Assembly (NCBI GenBank): GCA_964644565.1
Contig: CAZXWO010000005.1
Coordinates: forward strand, 3,320 to 67,319
From: an uncultured Thermoplasmata archaeon
GTDB lineage: Archaea > Thermoplasmatota > Thermoplasmata > UBA10834
Reading direction: 5' to 3'
DNA: 64,000 bases
A program made the translations under genes and the position numbers. Positions 27,793-35,577 of the stretch are shown here, in pieces; within the stretch, counting starts at the first letter, position 1, and every line of letters begins with the position of its first letter. The notes beneath the pieces are model-generated. The model made no database searches. It was not told where the DNA came from and was given only the letters and a program-made list of their open reading frames with translations.

Positions 27793-28191
27793 CTACTTCT
27801 CGTTGAACTTTATGAGAGTGGCGGTCCTGAGGACGCCCGGATAGGACCTGAGCTCGTCGATCCTCCTGTTCAGCTCGTCGAGGCTGTCGGCCCTGAGCCT
27901 CACGGCCACGTCGAACTCGCCCGAGCACTCGAAGACGCTGTCGGAGAGCTGGGTCGCCTTGTCCTTGACGGCGGAGGTCCTCCCGACATGGGTGTCTATG
28001 AGCACTATGCCCTCGAACCCCACGGGGGTGGTCTCTATCGTGAACTTCCTGATGACGCCCTCTCGGACGAGCTTCTCTATCCTCGCCCTCACGGCCCGCT
28101 CGGTGAGGCTGACGTGCCTGGCAATCTCAGTATTCTTCATCCTCGAGTTCCCGCGGAGGAGGTTGAGGATCTTGATGTCCGTGTCGTCCAT
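27793..28191 (-). CDS. Lrp/AsnC family transcriptional regulator
   Basis: MDDTDIKILNLLRGNSRMKNTEIARHVSLTERAVRARIEKLVREGVI is an HTH_AsnC motif, followed by a RAM-like C-terminal domain. Confidence 0.88.
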   Translation of the reverse strand: MDDTDIKILNLLRGNSRMKNTEIARHVSLTERAVRARIEKLVREGVIRKFTIETTPVGFEGIVLIDTHVGRTSAVKDKATQLSDSVFECSGEFDVAVRLRADSLDELNRRIDELRSYPGVLRTATLIKFNEK

Positions 28192-28283
28192 GGTGGCGGT
28201 ATATGTCGTTCCTACTTTCGTACCTTTCGATTGGGCCCGGGTCGAAGTAGGTCATCCGCGGGGGCCGGGCGGAGGAGAATGCG

Positions 28284-28308
28284 CTCCCTTGGTGCGACAC
28301 CAAGGGAG
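28284..28308 (-). terminator. Perfect 11-bp inverted repeat with 3-nt loop (CTCCCTTGGTG-CGA-CACCAAGGGAG)
   Basis: Starts 15 nt after the stop (28323) of the upstream minus-strand gene and lies 93 nt upstream of the lrp start. It could be a terminator hairpin or an operator. No U-tract follows. Confidence 0.3.
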
Positions 28309-28322
28309 ACCGCGTTGGGGTT

Positions 28323-28655
28323 TCAGATCTTCTGGAGGATGTATATGGTCGCGAGGTCGTCCTCGGTGGGCCTCTCGGAGAACTTGTAGAGCTTCCCGAG
28401 CTTGTTCATGAGGTCCTGCCGCTTCTCGCCCGGCTTCGCCTCGAGGTCGTACTCGAGGAACGCGAGGGGGACCTGCTTCAGCTTCACCGTCGTCGCGATC
28501 AACACCTTCGCCCTGAACCGCACCTTGGGGCTCTGCACCTCGACGGTCTCGTCCGGCGAGAACTTGAGCTCGCCCCTGTGCACCCTGATGGTGGCGAAGA
28601 CGCGGTCCTTGAGCTTGTCCCAGTCCTGGGAGAACTTCATGCTCCTGTTGGTCAT
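28323..28655 (-). CDS. Hypothetical protein (about 110 aa, possibly a small beta-barrel ASCH/PUA-like fold)
   Basis: MTNRSMKFSQDWDKLKDRVFATIRVHRGELKF.... The track ORF extends to 28856 across the tRNA-Ile gene, which cannot be coding. Start set at 28655, with 28640 as an alternative. Confidence 0.5.
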   Translation of the reverse strand: MTNRSMKFSQDWDKLKDRVFATIRVHRGELKFSPDETVEVQSPKVRFRAKVLIATTVKLKQVPLAFLEYDLEAKPGEKRQDLMNKLGKLYKFSERPTEDDLATIYILQKI

Positions 28656-28734
28656 TTGGCTCACTTGTGCTGACCTTGATGCTTCCCGCATATTAATTGT
28701 TGCTGAGAAACCGGATGTCTGTTGGACGGGGACG

Positions 28735-28809
28735 GTGGGCCCAACCGGATTTGAACCGGTGACCTCCCGGTTATCAGCCGGGTGCTCCAGCCAACCTAAG
28801 CTATGGGCC
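28735..28809 (-). tRNA. tRNA-Ile (anticodon GAT)
   Basis: Hand-folded cloverleaf: acceptor GGGCCCA/TGGGCCC, anticodon arm CCCGG-CTGATAA-CCGGG, T arm ACCGG-TTCAAAT-CCGGT. 75 nt, no encoded CCA. Confidence 0.9.
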
Positions 28810-28871
28810 CGTGTGGCTTGTGCGTGATACGGTGATTGGGATAAAATGGTTTCCATGATGGCAAATCTGGG

Positions 28872-29942
28872 TCAGTCGCCCAGCTGGAGCAGCTCGTAAC
28901 TGCCCGTGCACGGCTTCCCCTTGAGTATGTGCGCGCGCAACCTCGTGAGGTCGAACACGACCGAGAAGATGGTCTCGGAGACGTCGAGCCGGTGGAGCTT
29001 CGGGTCAGCATGCCTGCAGATCGACCCGGGCCTGTTCACATGGTCCCTGAAGATGGACGCTATCGACTCCACGGTGACCTTCCCGAGCTGCGCCTGGATG
29101 AGCCTCGAGGCGCGGTTGTACCTGAAGACCGAGCAGGACATGGCCGCGGGGTCCTCCTCGAACCTGCGCATCTTGTCCGCCGTGTAGTGGTTGGTGTGCA
29201 CTAGGTACCCGTCGTGCGCGTAGAGGACGGCGCAGTCCGTCGCGGACCCCTCGAGCGAGTATATCTCCCCGTTGCTGTCCGAGCAGATGTTGTTGTAGCT
29301 CGACGCGCGCCCGTCTGGCATCGCGGCCTCCAGCGCCTCCCCGATCCTCCTGCACTCCAGGACCTTCCTGACGGGGAAGACCTTGGGAATGCCCACCCTG
29401 ACGTCGTTCGGGCTCAGGGCGTTGCCCGTCAGGCTGATGCCCGCGGCGTTCATCCCCGACGACGGGAGGAGGCCCGCGTACGCGGTCGTGACGAACTCGG
29501 GCTTCTTGCTGGGCCTCGCGTGCAGGAGCACCACTGTCTCCAGCTGCTCCGCCGACCAGTCCTCGTTGTGCCCTATAAGCACGTCGCCCTCCAGGGTGAC
29601 GTCCCCGTTCGCGGCGACATCGGTGCAGCCCTTGAACCCCCTCGGGGAGAGCAGCTCGTGGCAGCAGAGGGTGAAGACCTCGTCGAAGGGCATCCTCGCC
29701 CCGTCCGCGTAGCCGCGGATCTCCTCGACGAACTCGGGGTAGAAGGACTCTGCGTGTGGGAGGTAGAGCTTGGCCCTCTCCACTGCCTTCTCCCACGACA
29801 TGCCGGTCGAGTGGGCGATGTTCTCCGCCATCGCGGCCCTCAGGGCCTTCGCGCGCTTGGCGCAGACAGTGCCGGACCGCTTCCCCATGTCGAACGGTCT
29901 GCCCTTGACCTCGACCACGGGCAGCCCTGACCCCTTCTTCAT
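28872..29942 (-). CDS. Peptidase C45 / acyl-CoA:6-aminopenicillanic-acid acyltransferase family (Ntn hydrolase)
   Basis: FKGCTDVAA (putative nucleophile Cys)...IGHNEDW...TNHY is the layout of the C45/AAT family. ATG at 29942 preferred over GTG at 29960. Confidence 0.7.
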   Translation of the reverse strand: MKKGSGLPVVEVKGRPFDMGKRSGTVCAKRAKALRAAMAENIAHSTGMSWEKAVERAKLYLPHAESFYPEFVEEIRGYADGARMPFDEVFTLCCHELLSPRGFKGCTDVAANGDVTLEGDVLIGHNEDWSAEQLETVVLLHARPSKKPEFVTTAYAGLLPSSGMNAAGISLTGNALSPNDVRVGIPKVFPVRKVLECRRIGEALEAAMPDGRASSYNNICSDSNGEIYSLEGSATDCAVLYAHDGYLVHTNHYTADKMRRFEEDPAAMSCSVFRYNRASRLIQAQLGKVTVESIASIFRDHVNRPGSICRHADPKLHRLDVSETIFSVVFDLTRLRAHILKGKPCTGSYELLQLGD

Positions 29943-29968
29943 GGTCAGGGCCCAACGCACTCGCGCCT

Positions 29969-29974
29969 AAAAAA
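29969..29974 (-). terminator. Oligo-T (T6 on minus strand) after the KaiC-like gene pair
   Basis: T6 run 16-21 nt downstream of the stop at 29990. Archaeal terminators are oligo-T tracts. It could alternatively act as an AT-rich promoter element for the C45 gene. Confidence 0.35.
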
Positions 29975-29989
29975 CCTGCGATGCCCCTC

Positions 29990-30823
29990 TCACCTGAAGT
30001 CGGAAGGCATCGTGTCGAACATCTTCAGGACCGACTTGCCGAGCTTCCTCCCGGCGTCGACCGATATGCCCGACTTGGTGATCCTGAGGGCCCTCGGCTG
30101 CGTGTCGTGGGCGGAGCCCCTGAACTTCTCCACCGACACGAACCTCTCCGTCCTCGAGGAGACCATGAACTTGTGGAACTTCACTATGCCCCTGGACAGG
30201 AAGAGCTCGGGCTCGACGGCGGTCGGCTCGGGCAGGTCCGTCACGATGAGGCTCGTGAGGTTGGCCTCGGAGAGGAACCTCAGGAGGGAGAGCACGCCGC
30301 CGTCTATGTCCTCCTCGCCCCCCGAGAGCCGTTTCAGGGAGGTGAGCGAGTCGATGACGAGCCTCGAGTACTTGACCTCCCTGAGCTCCTGCCTCAGCAT
30401 CAGCTGCAGGGACTGCGGCGTCAGGTCCGGGGCCATCTGTTTCATCGACTCGGTCTTCGCGTCGGCGCGCGCCTGGCGCAAGGAACCGACGGCCCTCTGG
30501 GCCGCGACCTCCACCAAGGAGACGCGCCTGCTGTACGCCTTCGCGGCCGGGTGGACGTCCAGTATCCGTATCTTCCCCACGTCCCACCCCAGGAACCTGA
30601 CGTTCTCCCTCAGCTCGGCGGGGGGCTCGTCTATGGCGACGAACAGGGCCCGCTCGCCCTGCCTGACCCCCTGTTGCAGGAACTGGATGCAGAACGTCGT
30701 CTTGCCGCTCCCGAACGGACCCTGGACGACGTACGGCCTGCCTGGTATGAGTCCTCCGTGGAGCATCTTGTCGACGCCCTCTATCCCCGTGGACACCCTG
30801 AGCTCTGGGGCGACGGACGTCAC
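29990..30823 (-). CDS. Single-domain KaiC-like / RecA-superfamily ATPase
   Basis: STGIEGVDKMLHGGLIPGRPYVVQGPFGSGKTTF (Walker A), RLVIDSLTSL (Walker B), VEKFRGSAHD..R.L.IT..GISV. Confidence 0.88.
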   Translation of the reverse strand: MTSVAPELRVSTGIEGVDKMLHGGLIPGRPYVVQGPFGSGKTTFCIQFLQQGVRQGERALFVAIDEPPAELRENVRFLGWDVGKIRILDVHPAAKAYSRRVSLVEVAAQRAVGSLRQARADAKTESMKQMAPDLTPQSLQLMLRQELREVKYSRLVIDSLTSLKRLSGGEEDIDGGVLSLLRFLSEANLTSLIVTDLPEPTAVEPELFLSRGIVKFHKFMVSSRTERFVSVEKFRGSAHDTQPRALRITKSGISVDAGRKLGKSVLKMFDTMPSDFR

Positions 30824-31788
30824 CGGTCGTCGCCTCCTGGGCCGTCGTCCTCCGGGGGCGGTGGCTCCGGCGCGGACGTCGCGTCCTGCGGCCCCGCAGT
30901 CCCCCCGTCCCGCGCCTCGGTCACGGGCTCTTCGGGACCCTCCTCAGACGCCCTCGGCTCACCGCGCCGCTTCGGGGCGGCCAGCTTCACGGACAGGCCC
31001 TCGTCCGTTATCTTCAGAGGCCTCATCGAGTGGTCGTGGTACGACCCCCTGAACTTCTCGACGGTCACGCCCCTGACCAGACCCCTCCCGTCGAGCCACT
31101 TGTGGAGCCTGATCTCGCCCCTCGCCATGTGTGACTCCGCGTCGGGCCTGGGTGCCTCTGGGAGCTGCACGGTGAGCAGCGTCGTGATGCCGAGGTCGGA
31201 GAGGAGCCTGAAGAACGACTGGAGGGCCATGTACTCCTCGCTAGTGCGTATGTAGAACCTCCTGAGCGATGTTACAGAATCGACCACGACCCGGGAGTAC
31301 TTCCTGACCTTCATCTCCTGCTTGAGTATCTCCTGTATCGTGTTGATGGTGATGTCCGCTGGTCCCTTCTCCGAGGTCAGTCGGATGTTCGGCGGGACCG
31401 AGCCGAACCGCACGACCCTCCTCTCCGTGGACACGTCCCTCACGGGGGTCTTGTCGTAGCTCTGGATATCGGAGGTGGCGTCGAAAACGTGCACTGCGGA
31501 GATGTTCCACCCGAACGACCTCATGTTCACCTGGACCTCGTTCGGGGGCTCGTCGATGGCAACATACATGACCTCCTCGCCGGCCGCGGCCCCCTCTAGG
31601 AGGAACCTCATCGCCAGTGCCGTCTTGCCCGTCCCGGACGCGCCGGAGACCACGTACGGCCTGCCTGGTATGAGTCCCCCGTCGAGCATGTTGTCGATGC
31701 CGGGTATCCCGACCTTAACCTTCTCTCGTATCATCCAGTGCCTCGAACCCGTAGAACAGATGGCCTCTGTGTTCTGGAGATTATCCAT
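30820..31788 (-). CDS. Single-domain KaiC-like / RecA-superfamily ATPase with a disordered acidic/Pro-rich C-terminal tail
   Basis: VGIPGIDNMLDGGLIPGRPYVVSGASGTGKTAL, RVVVDSVTSL, VEKFRGSYHD. The 4-nt overlap with the downstream paralog implies coupling. The alternative start at 31734 (MIREKVKVGIPG) gives a more typical N-terminus. Confidence 0.85.
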   Translation of the reverse strand: MDNLQNTEAICSTGSRHWMIREKVKVGIPGIDNMLDGGLIPGRPYVVSGASGTGKTALAMRFLLEGAAAGEEVMYVAIDEPPNEVQVNMRSFGWNISAVHVFDATSDIQSYDKTPVRDVSTERRVVRFGSVPPNIRLTSEKGPADITINTIQEILKQEMKVRKYSRVVVDSVTSLRRFYIRTSEEYMALQSFFRLLSDLGITTLLTVQLPEAPRPDAESHMARGEIRLHKWLDGRGLVRGVTVEKFRGSYHDHSMRPLKITDEGLSVKLAAPKRRGEPRASEEGPEEPVTEARDGGTAGPQDATSAPEPPPPEDDGPGGDDR

Positions 31789-31874
31789 CCAGTACCATAT
31801 ATCTTTCCTTCAGGGTCTCAAGGGGAAGAGCCGAGCGAGGGACGTCGCAGGCGGAGGCAGCGTTAAAACGAACA

Positions 31875-31882
31875 TTTTATAA
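31875..31882 (+). promoter_or_regulatory. TATA box (TTTTATAA) in a divergent intergenic region
   Basis: Strongest AT-rich element between the KaiC-like gene and the MFS gene. It predicts a plus-strand TSS near 31905. Confidence 0.45.
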
Positions 31883-31921
31883 TGGTAATATGCATTGAAC
31901 ACGCCCAAGAGGGCGTCAGCG

Positions 31922-33205
31922 GTGGCAGGCGAGAAAGGCGTTTCCAAGGCCGTCAAAGGGTCCGTCCTGCTGTCGAGGGACTTCGGCATACTCGTGTCCG
32001 CCATGGCGGTGGTCAGCCTGGGCTTCGGCCTACTGGCCCCCATCGTCCCCCAGCTCGCCTCGAACCTGGGCATGGAGCCGGGGGAGATGGGCGGCATCTT
32101 CGCCCTGTTCTCGGTCGCGTTCGTGCTCGCCCTCCCCCCTGCGGGGTACCTCACGGACAGGATCGGCAGGAAGACGATGCTCGTGTCCGGGATACTCGTC
32201 TTCGGCTTCACGACCCTGTTGATGGCATTCATCACCGATGCGTTCCAGTTCGCCGTCCTGAGGACCCTCGAGGGCGTCGGGGCGGCCATGACCGCGCCCT
32301 CCGCGTTCGCCCTCGTGATCGACCTCGTGCCGGAGGAGAAGCGGGCCACGGCCATGGGCATAGAAGGCACCGCGCAGACCCTGGGGATCCTGGGGGGGCC
32401 CGCCATAGGAGGGTTCGTGGCGGGCGAGATCAACTTCTACTACCCGTTCTACGTCGGGGCTGCGCTCTCCTTCCTGTGCTGCGCCCTGGTCCTGATGGTC
32501 AACGAACCCGCGGTGAAGTCGCAGCAGGAGCACCCGTCCATCCTGACCATGTTCGGCGCATGGAAGAGGAACGCCGAGCAGAACAAGAAGCTGTCGGCGC
32601 TGACGGTGAGGGGCCTGGTCATGGGCATAGTCCAGGGCCTGTGGAACCTCGGGCTGCTCCTCTACATGTACAACAAGATCGGCATGACGGAGACGCAGGT
32701 GGGTATCGCCATCTCCTTGGGCACGGCGGCCATGGCGGCCGGGACCCTGTACTTCGGCAAGATGGCCGACAAGCACGGGAAGCTGCCGTTCCTCCTCGGC
32801 GGCGGCATCCTGATGGCGGTGGGCCTGGGGCTGATGGTCTTCGCCCGCGACGTGATCGACGTCTACATCCTCATGGTCGTGATGGACCTGGGCGGCGCGA
32901 TGTCCAACCCGTCCGTGGGGGCGCTGCTGGCGGACGTCATGCTCAAGGAGGAGCGCGGCAGGGTGATGGGCGCGTACCAGACGGTCCAGGGGGTGGGGAA
33001 CATCATCGGTTTCTCCGTGCTGGGCCTGGCCTACGAGATGATAAGCCCGGAGGCGCCGATCATCATGTGCACGCTCGCGCTCTTGGTCGCTACGGGAATC
33101 ATCGCTGTGTTCGTGCGCGAGGGGCCCCCCGTGGAAGCCGGCGCGGGTCCCCCGTCAGCGGAGAGGGCCCCTTCCTCGGCGCTGTCGCTGGACAAGGACC
33201 CTTAG
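31922..33205 (+). CDS. MFS transporter
   Basis: About 12 TM segments and the motif GYLTDRIGRKTML. The track start (TTG 31895) lies upstream of the predicted TSS, so in-frame GTG 31922 is preferred. The start is uncertain. Confidence 0.85.
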   Translation: MAGEKGVSKAVKGSVLLSRDFGILVSAMAVVSLGFGLLAPIVPQLASNLGMEPGEMGGIFALFSVAFVLALPPAGYLTDRIGRKTMLVSGILVFGFTTLLMAFITDAFQFAVLRTLEGVGAAMTAPSAFALVIDLVPEEKRATAMGIEGTAQTLGILGGPAIGGFVAGEINFYYPFYVGAALSFLCCALVLMVNEPAVKSQQEHPSILTMFGAWKRNAEQNKKLSALTVRGLVMGIVQGLWNLGLLLYMYNKIGMTETQVGIAISLGTAAMAAGTLYFGKMADKHGKLPFLLGGGILMAVGLGLMVFARDVIDVYILMVVMDLGGAMSNPSVGALLADVMLKEERGRVMGAYQTVQGVGNIIGFSVLGLAYEMISPEAPIIMCTLALLVATGIIAVFVREGPPVEAGAGPPSAERAPSSALSLDKDP

Positions 33206-33223
33206 AGGGACTCCTGGACCGGC

Positions 33224-33647
33224 GCGGCCGCTGAGGTTCTGTCAAGAGTCGGGTGGTAACCCTTCTGACCACTTCGACAGGTGACTCGTCCCGTTCGGCT
33301 CCGGCCGTGCGCCCCTCACGGGGTCGCAGAGGGCCATCATCACGTCATGCCGGGACGCGCCGGGGCTGAACCGTAAGCCCCCTGCCGCCCTGTCGCGGGC
33401 GGCTGGTAGCGGCGGGCCAGCAGGTCCCTGCGGTGTCTCGAAGACACCGTCCGGGGTGGCTGGAGCCGGGCGCGCGCCCATTCGGGAATAAGGATTCCTC
33501 CCACATGTCGGGCGCGACACGCCGCCTGCGGGGCCGGCCGTACCGGCCCGCGCGAAAGCCTCTTCGGGCATGAGGAGACCGATCGGAGCGCAGTGTCTTG
33601 GTGCTTCGCCCTACATGTATCACCCGACTTTACACAGAACCGGCTGC
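33224..33647 (+). ncRNA. Candidate large structured RNA (about 424 nt), identity unresolved. The 3' end resembles RNase P RNA CR-IV/CR-V.
   Basis: A 490-nt gap with no credible ORF. A 25-bp composite closing helix pairs 33224-29/33642-47, 33235-42/33634-41 and 33245-55/33621-31. Internal perfect stems pair 33362-67/33376-81, 33384-90/33397-403 and 33431-38/33442-49, plus a long-range 33296-304/33460-68 pairing. CCCTACATGTATCAC...ACAGAACCGGCTG resembles E. coli CCUAGAUGAAUGAC...ACAGAACCCGGCUUA, but no GGAAAGUCC was found. The strand is tentative. Confidence 0.4.
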
Positions 33648-33655
33648 TGATAAGC

Positions 33656-33664
33656 TTATTATAT
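33656..33664 (+). promoter_or_regulatory. TATA box (TTATTATAT) for pheT
   Basis: AT-rich nonamer about 39 nt upstream of ATG 33699. Confidence 0.5.
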
Positions 33665-33698
33665 CGTCCGACGTTCCCATCCGCAAGGCTGACGTCAT

Positions 33699-35351
33699 AT
33701 GCCAGTCATCAACTTCAGTTACTCGGACCTGTGCGGGCTCGTCGGGCAGGACCTGCCCAAGGCCGTGCTCAGGGAGAGGCTGCCGATGGTCGGCGCCGAC
33801 CTCCGGTCCGCTGACGACGCATCGGACGAGATGTCCTTCGAGTTCTTCCCGGACAGGCCCGACCTGTACTCGGTAGAGGGCATAGCGCGCGCCCTCAGGT
33901 CCTTCCTGGACATGGAGCCCGGTCTCAGGTCGTACGCGGTGGGCTCGTCGGACGTCGAACTCAGGGTAGACCCCTCGGTCTCCTCCGTCAGGCCGTACAT
34001 CTGGTCCGCGCTCGTCGAGGGCAGCGAGGTCGACGACCCCCTCATCCGGTCCATGATGGACCTCCAGGAGAAGCTCCACGTCACCCTGGGGCGCAACCGG
34101 AGGAAGGTCGCGATAGGCCTGCACGACTTCTCCGCCGTGAGGCCGCCGTTCACATACAGGGCCGTGGGCCCGCACGAGGTGTCCTTCGTCCCCCTGCAGG
34201 GGGACAGGGTGATGGACCTGGCCGAGATACTCGTCGGGCACGAGAAGGGCCGGGCCTACGCAGACGTGCTGAAGGGGAAGGAGACCTTCCCGGTCATACT
34301 CGACAGCGACGGCGAGGTGCTGTCGTTCCCACCCATCATCAACGGGGTCAGGACCACCGTGACGGAGTCGACCAAGAGCATCTTCATAGACTGCACCGGC
34401 ACCGACCTGAACGCCGTCAAGAGCGCCGTGAACATAGTGGTCACCGCGCTCGCGGAACGCGGGGGGAAGGTCAAGACCGTGAGGGTGTCAGGCGTCGACG
34501 GGACCGTCAGGGCCCCCGACCTGGACCCCAGGACGATGGACCTCGACGTCGACTACGTGAACAGGTGGATCGGGACCGGGCTCGACCGGTCGGAGATGTC
34601 CAGATGCCTCATGAGGATGGGGCACGGGGCGACCGCCACGGACGACGGGATCCGGGTGCTCGTCCCCGCCTACAGGGCCGATGTCCTCCACCCGGTCGAC
34701 CTCGCGGAGGACGTCGCGGTGGGGCACGGCTTCGAGAGGTTCGGGTCCAGGTTGCCGACGCGGTTCACATACGGGGCGGAGGATGCGGTCGCGGCATTCT
34801 CCGCTAGGCTCAAGCCGATAATGATCGGCCTCGGATACACCGAGGTGGTGACCCTCTCGCTCTCCAGCCGGGAGGAGCAGTACGACGCCCTGGGCCTGGA
34901 GAGGGACGCCGCGGCCGTCAGCATCAAGAACCCGGTCACGGAGGACCACGAGGTCCTGCGCGCCTCCCTGCTGCCGAGCCTCATGGCCATACTGAGGAAG
35001 AACAAGCACCGGGAGCTCCCGCAGAGGCTCTTCGAGGCCGGGGATGTCGTGTGGGGCACCAGGAACAGGGCGATGCTGTCAGGTGTCTCGATACACCCTA
35101 AGGCGAGCTTCACCGAGGCCAAGTCCGACGTCCTGTCGCTGATGCAGGCGATGGGCCTCCCCTGCGAGGTGTCCGCCGCGGAGCACGGCGCGTTCGTCCC
35201 TGGCAGGTGCGCCCGGGTGCTGAGCGCGGGGCACCCCGTGGGAGTGCTCGGCGAGGTGTCCCCTTCGACTCTCGTGGCCTTCGGACTGGGCTACCCCGCG
35301 GCCGCCTTCGAGCTCGACGCGGAGGAGCTGCTGACCCTGCGCTCAGGGTAG
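33699..35351 (+). CDS. pheT: Phenylalanine--tRNA ligase beta subunit (archaeal type)
   Basis: MPVINFSYSDL...LPMVGAD..., 550 aa, with the B3/4-B5-catalytic-like layout typical of archaeal PheT. Confidence 0.9.
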   Translation: MPVINFSYSDLCGLVGQDLPKAVLRERLPMVGADLRSADDASDEMSFEFFPDRPDLYSVEGIARALRSFLDMEPGLRSYAVGSSDVELRVDPSVSSVRPYIWSALVEGSEVDDPLIRSMMDLQEKLHVTLGRNRRKVAIGLHDFSAVRPPFTYRAVGPHEVSFVPLQGDRVMDLAEILVGHEKGRAYADVLKGKETFPVILDSDGEVLSFPPIINGVRTTVTESTKSIFIDCTGTDLNAVKSAVNIVVTALAERGGKVKTVRVSGVDGTVRAPDLDPRTMDLDVDYVNRWIGTGLDRSEMSRCLMRMGHGATATDDGIRVLVPAYRADVLHPVDLAEDVAVGHGFERFGSRLPTRFTYGAEDAVAAFSARLKPIMIGLGYTEVVTLSLSSREEQYDALGLERDAAAVSIKNPVTEDHEVLRASLLPSLMAILRKNKHRELPQRLFEAGDVVWGTRNRAMLSGVSIHPKASFTEAKSDVLSLMQAMGLPCEVSAAEHGAFVPGRCARVLSAGHPVGVLGEVSPSTLVAFGLGYPAAAFELDAEELLTLRSG

Positions 35352-35407
35352 GCGGGGTGGAAACCCTCTTATGAGTGCAGGGCTCATCCGAGGACACGTC
35401 CCACACT

Positions 35408-35497
35408 GCTGAGGTAGCCAAGCCCGGATCACGGCGCCAGCCTTGAGAGCTGGTGGTACTACGTACCTCGGGAGTTCGAATCTCCCCCTCAGCGCCA
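35408..35497 (+). tRNA. tRNA-Ser (anticodon TGA), CCA encoded
   Basis: Acceptor GCTGAGG/CCTCAGC, anticodon arm CCAGC-CTTGAGA-GCTGG, long variable arm GGTAC-TAC-GTACC, T arm GGGAG-TTCGAAT-CTCCC, discriminator G followed by CCA. Confidence 0.9.
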
Positions 35498-35577
35498 CAA
35501 GCCTTCGGAGAACAGTATAAATACTCTCCAACCGCGTTAACCAACCAGCGGCGGGATGGGACGCTGGAGGACCCCGC

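Noticed and set aside
28656-28856. N-terminal extension of ORF 28323..28856.
   Set aside because: The extension is read straight through the tRNA-Ile gene (28735-28809) on the same strand, so the protein must start at or after 28655.
33242-33623. Minus-strand ORFs of 109 and 92 aa inside the MFS-pheT gap.
   Set aside because: They are Arg/Pro/Gly/Ala-rich with no recognisable fold or promoter. The region is better explained as structured RNA.
33224-33647. Firm annotation as RNase P RNA.
   Set aside because: Only the CR-IV/CR-V-like 3' motifs match. The universal GGAAAGUCC (CR-I) and the CR-II/III motifs were not found. The ACAGAACC element pairs with an adjacent 5' GGTTCTGT in a nested helix, not a P4 pseudoknot. 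It is kept as an unresolved candidate.
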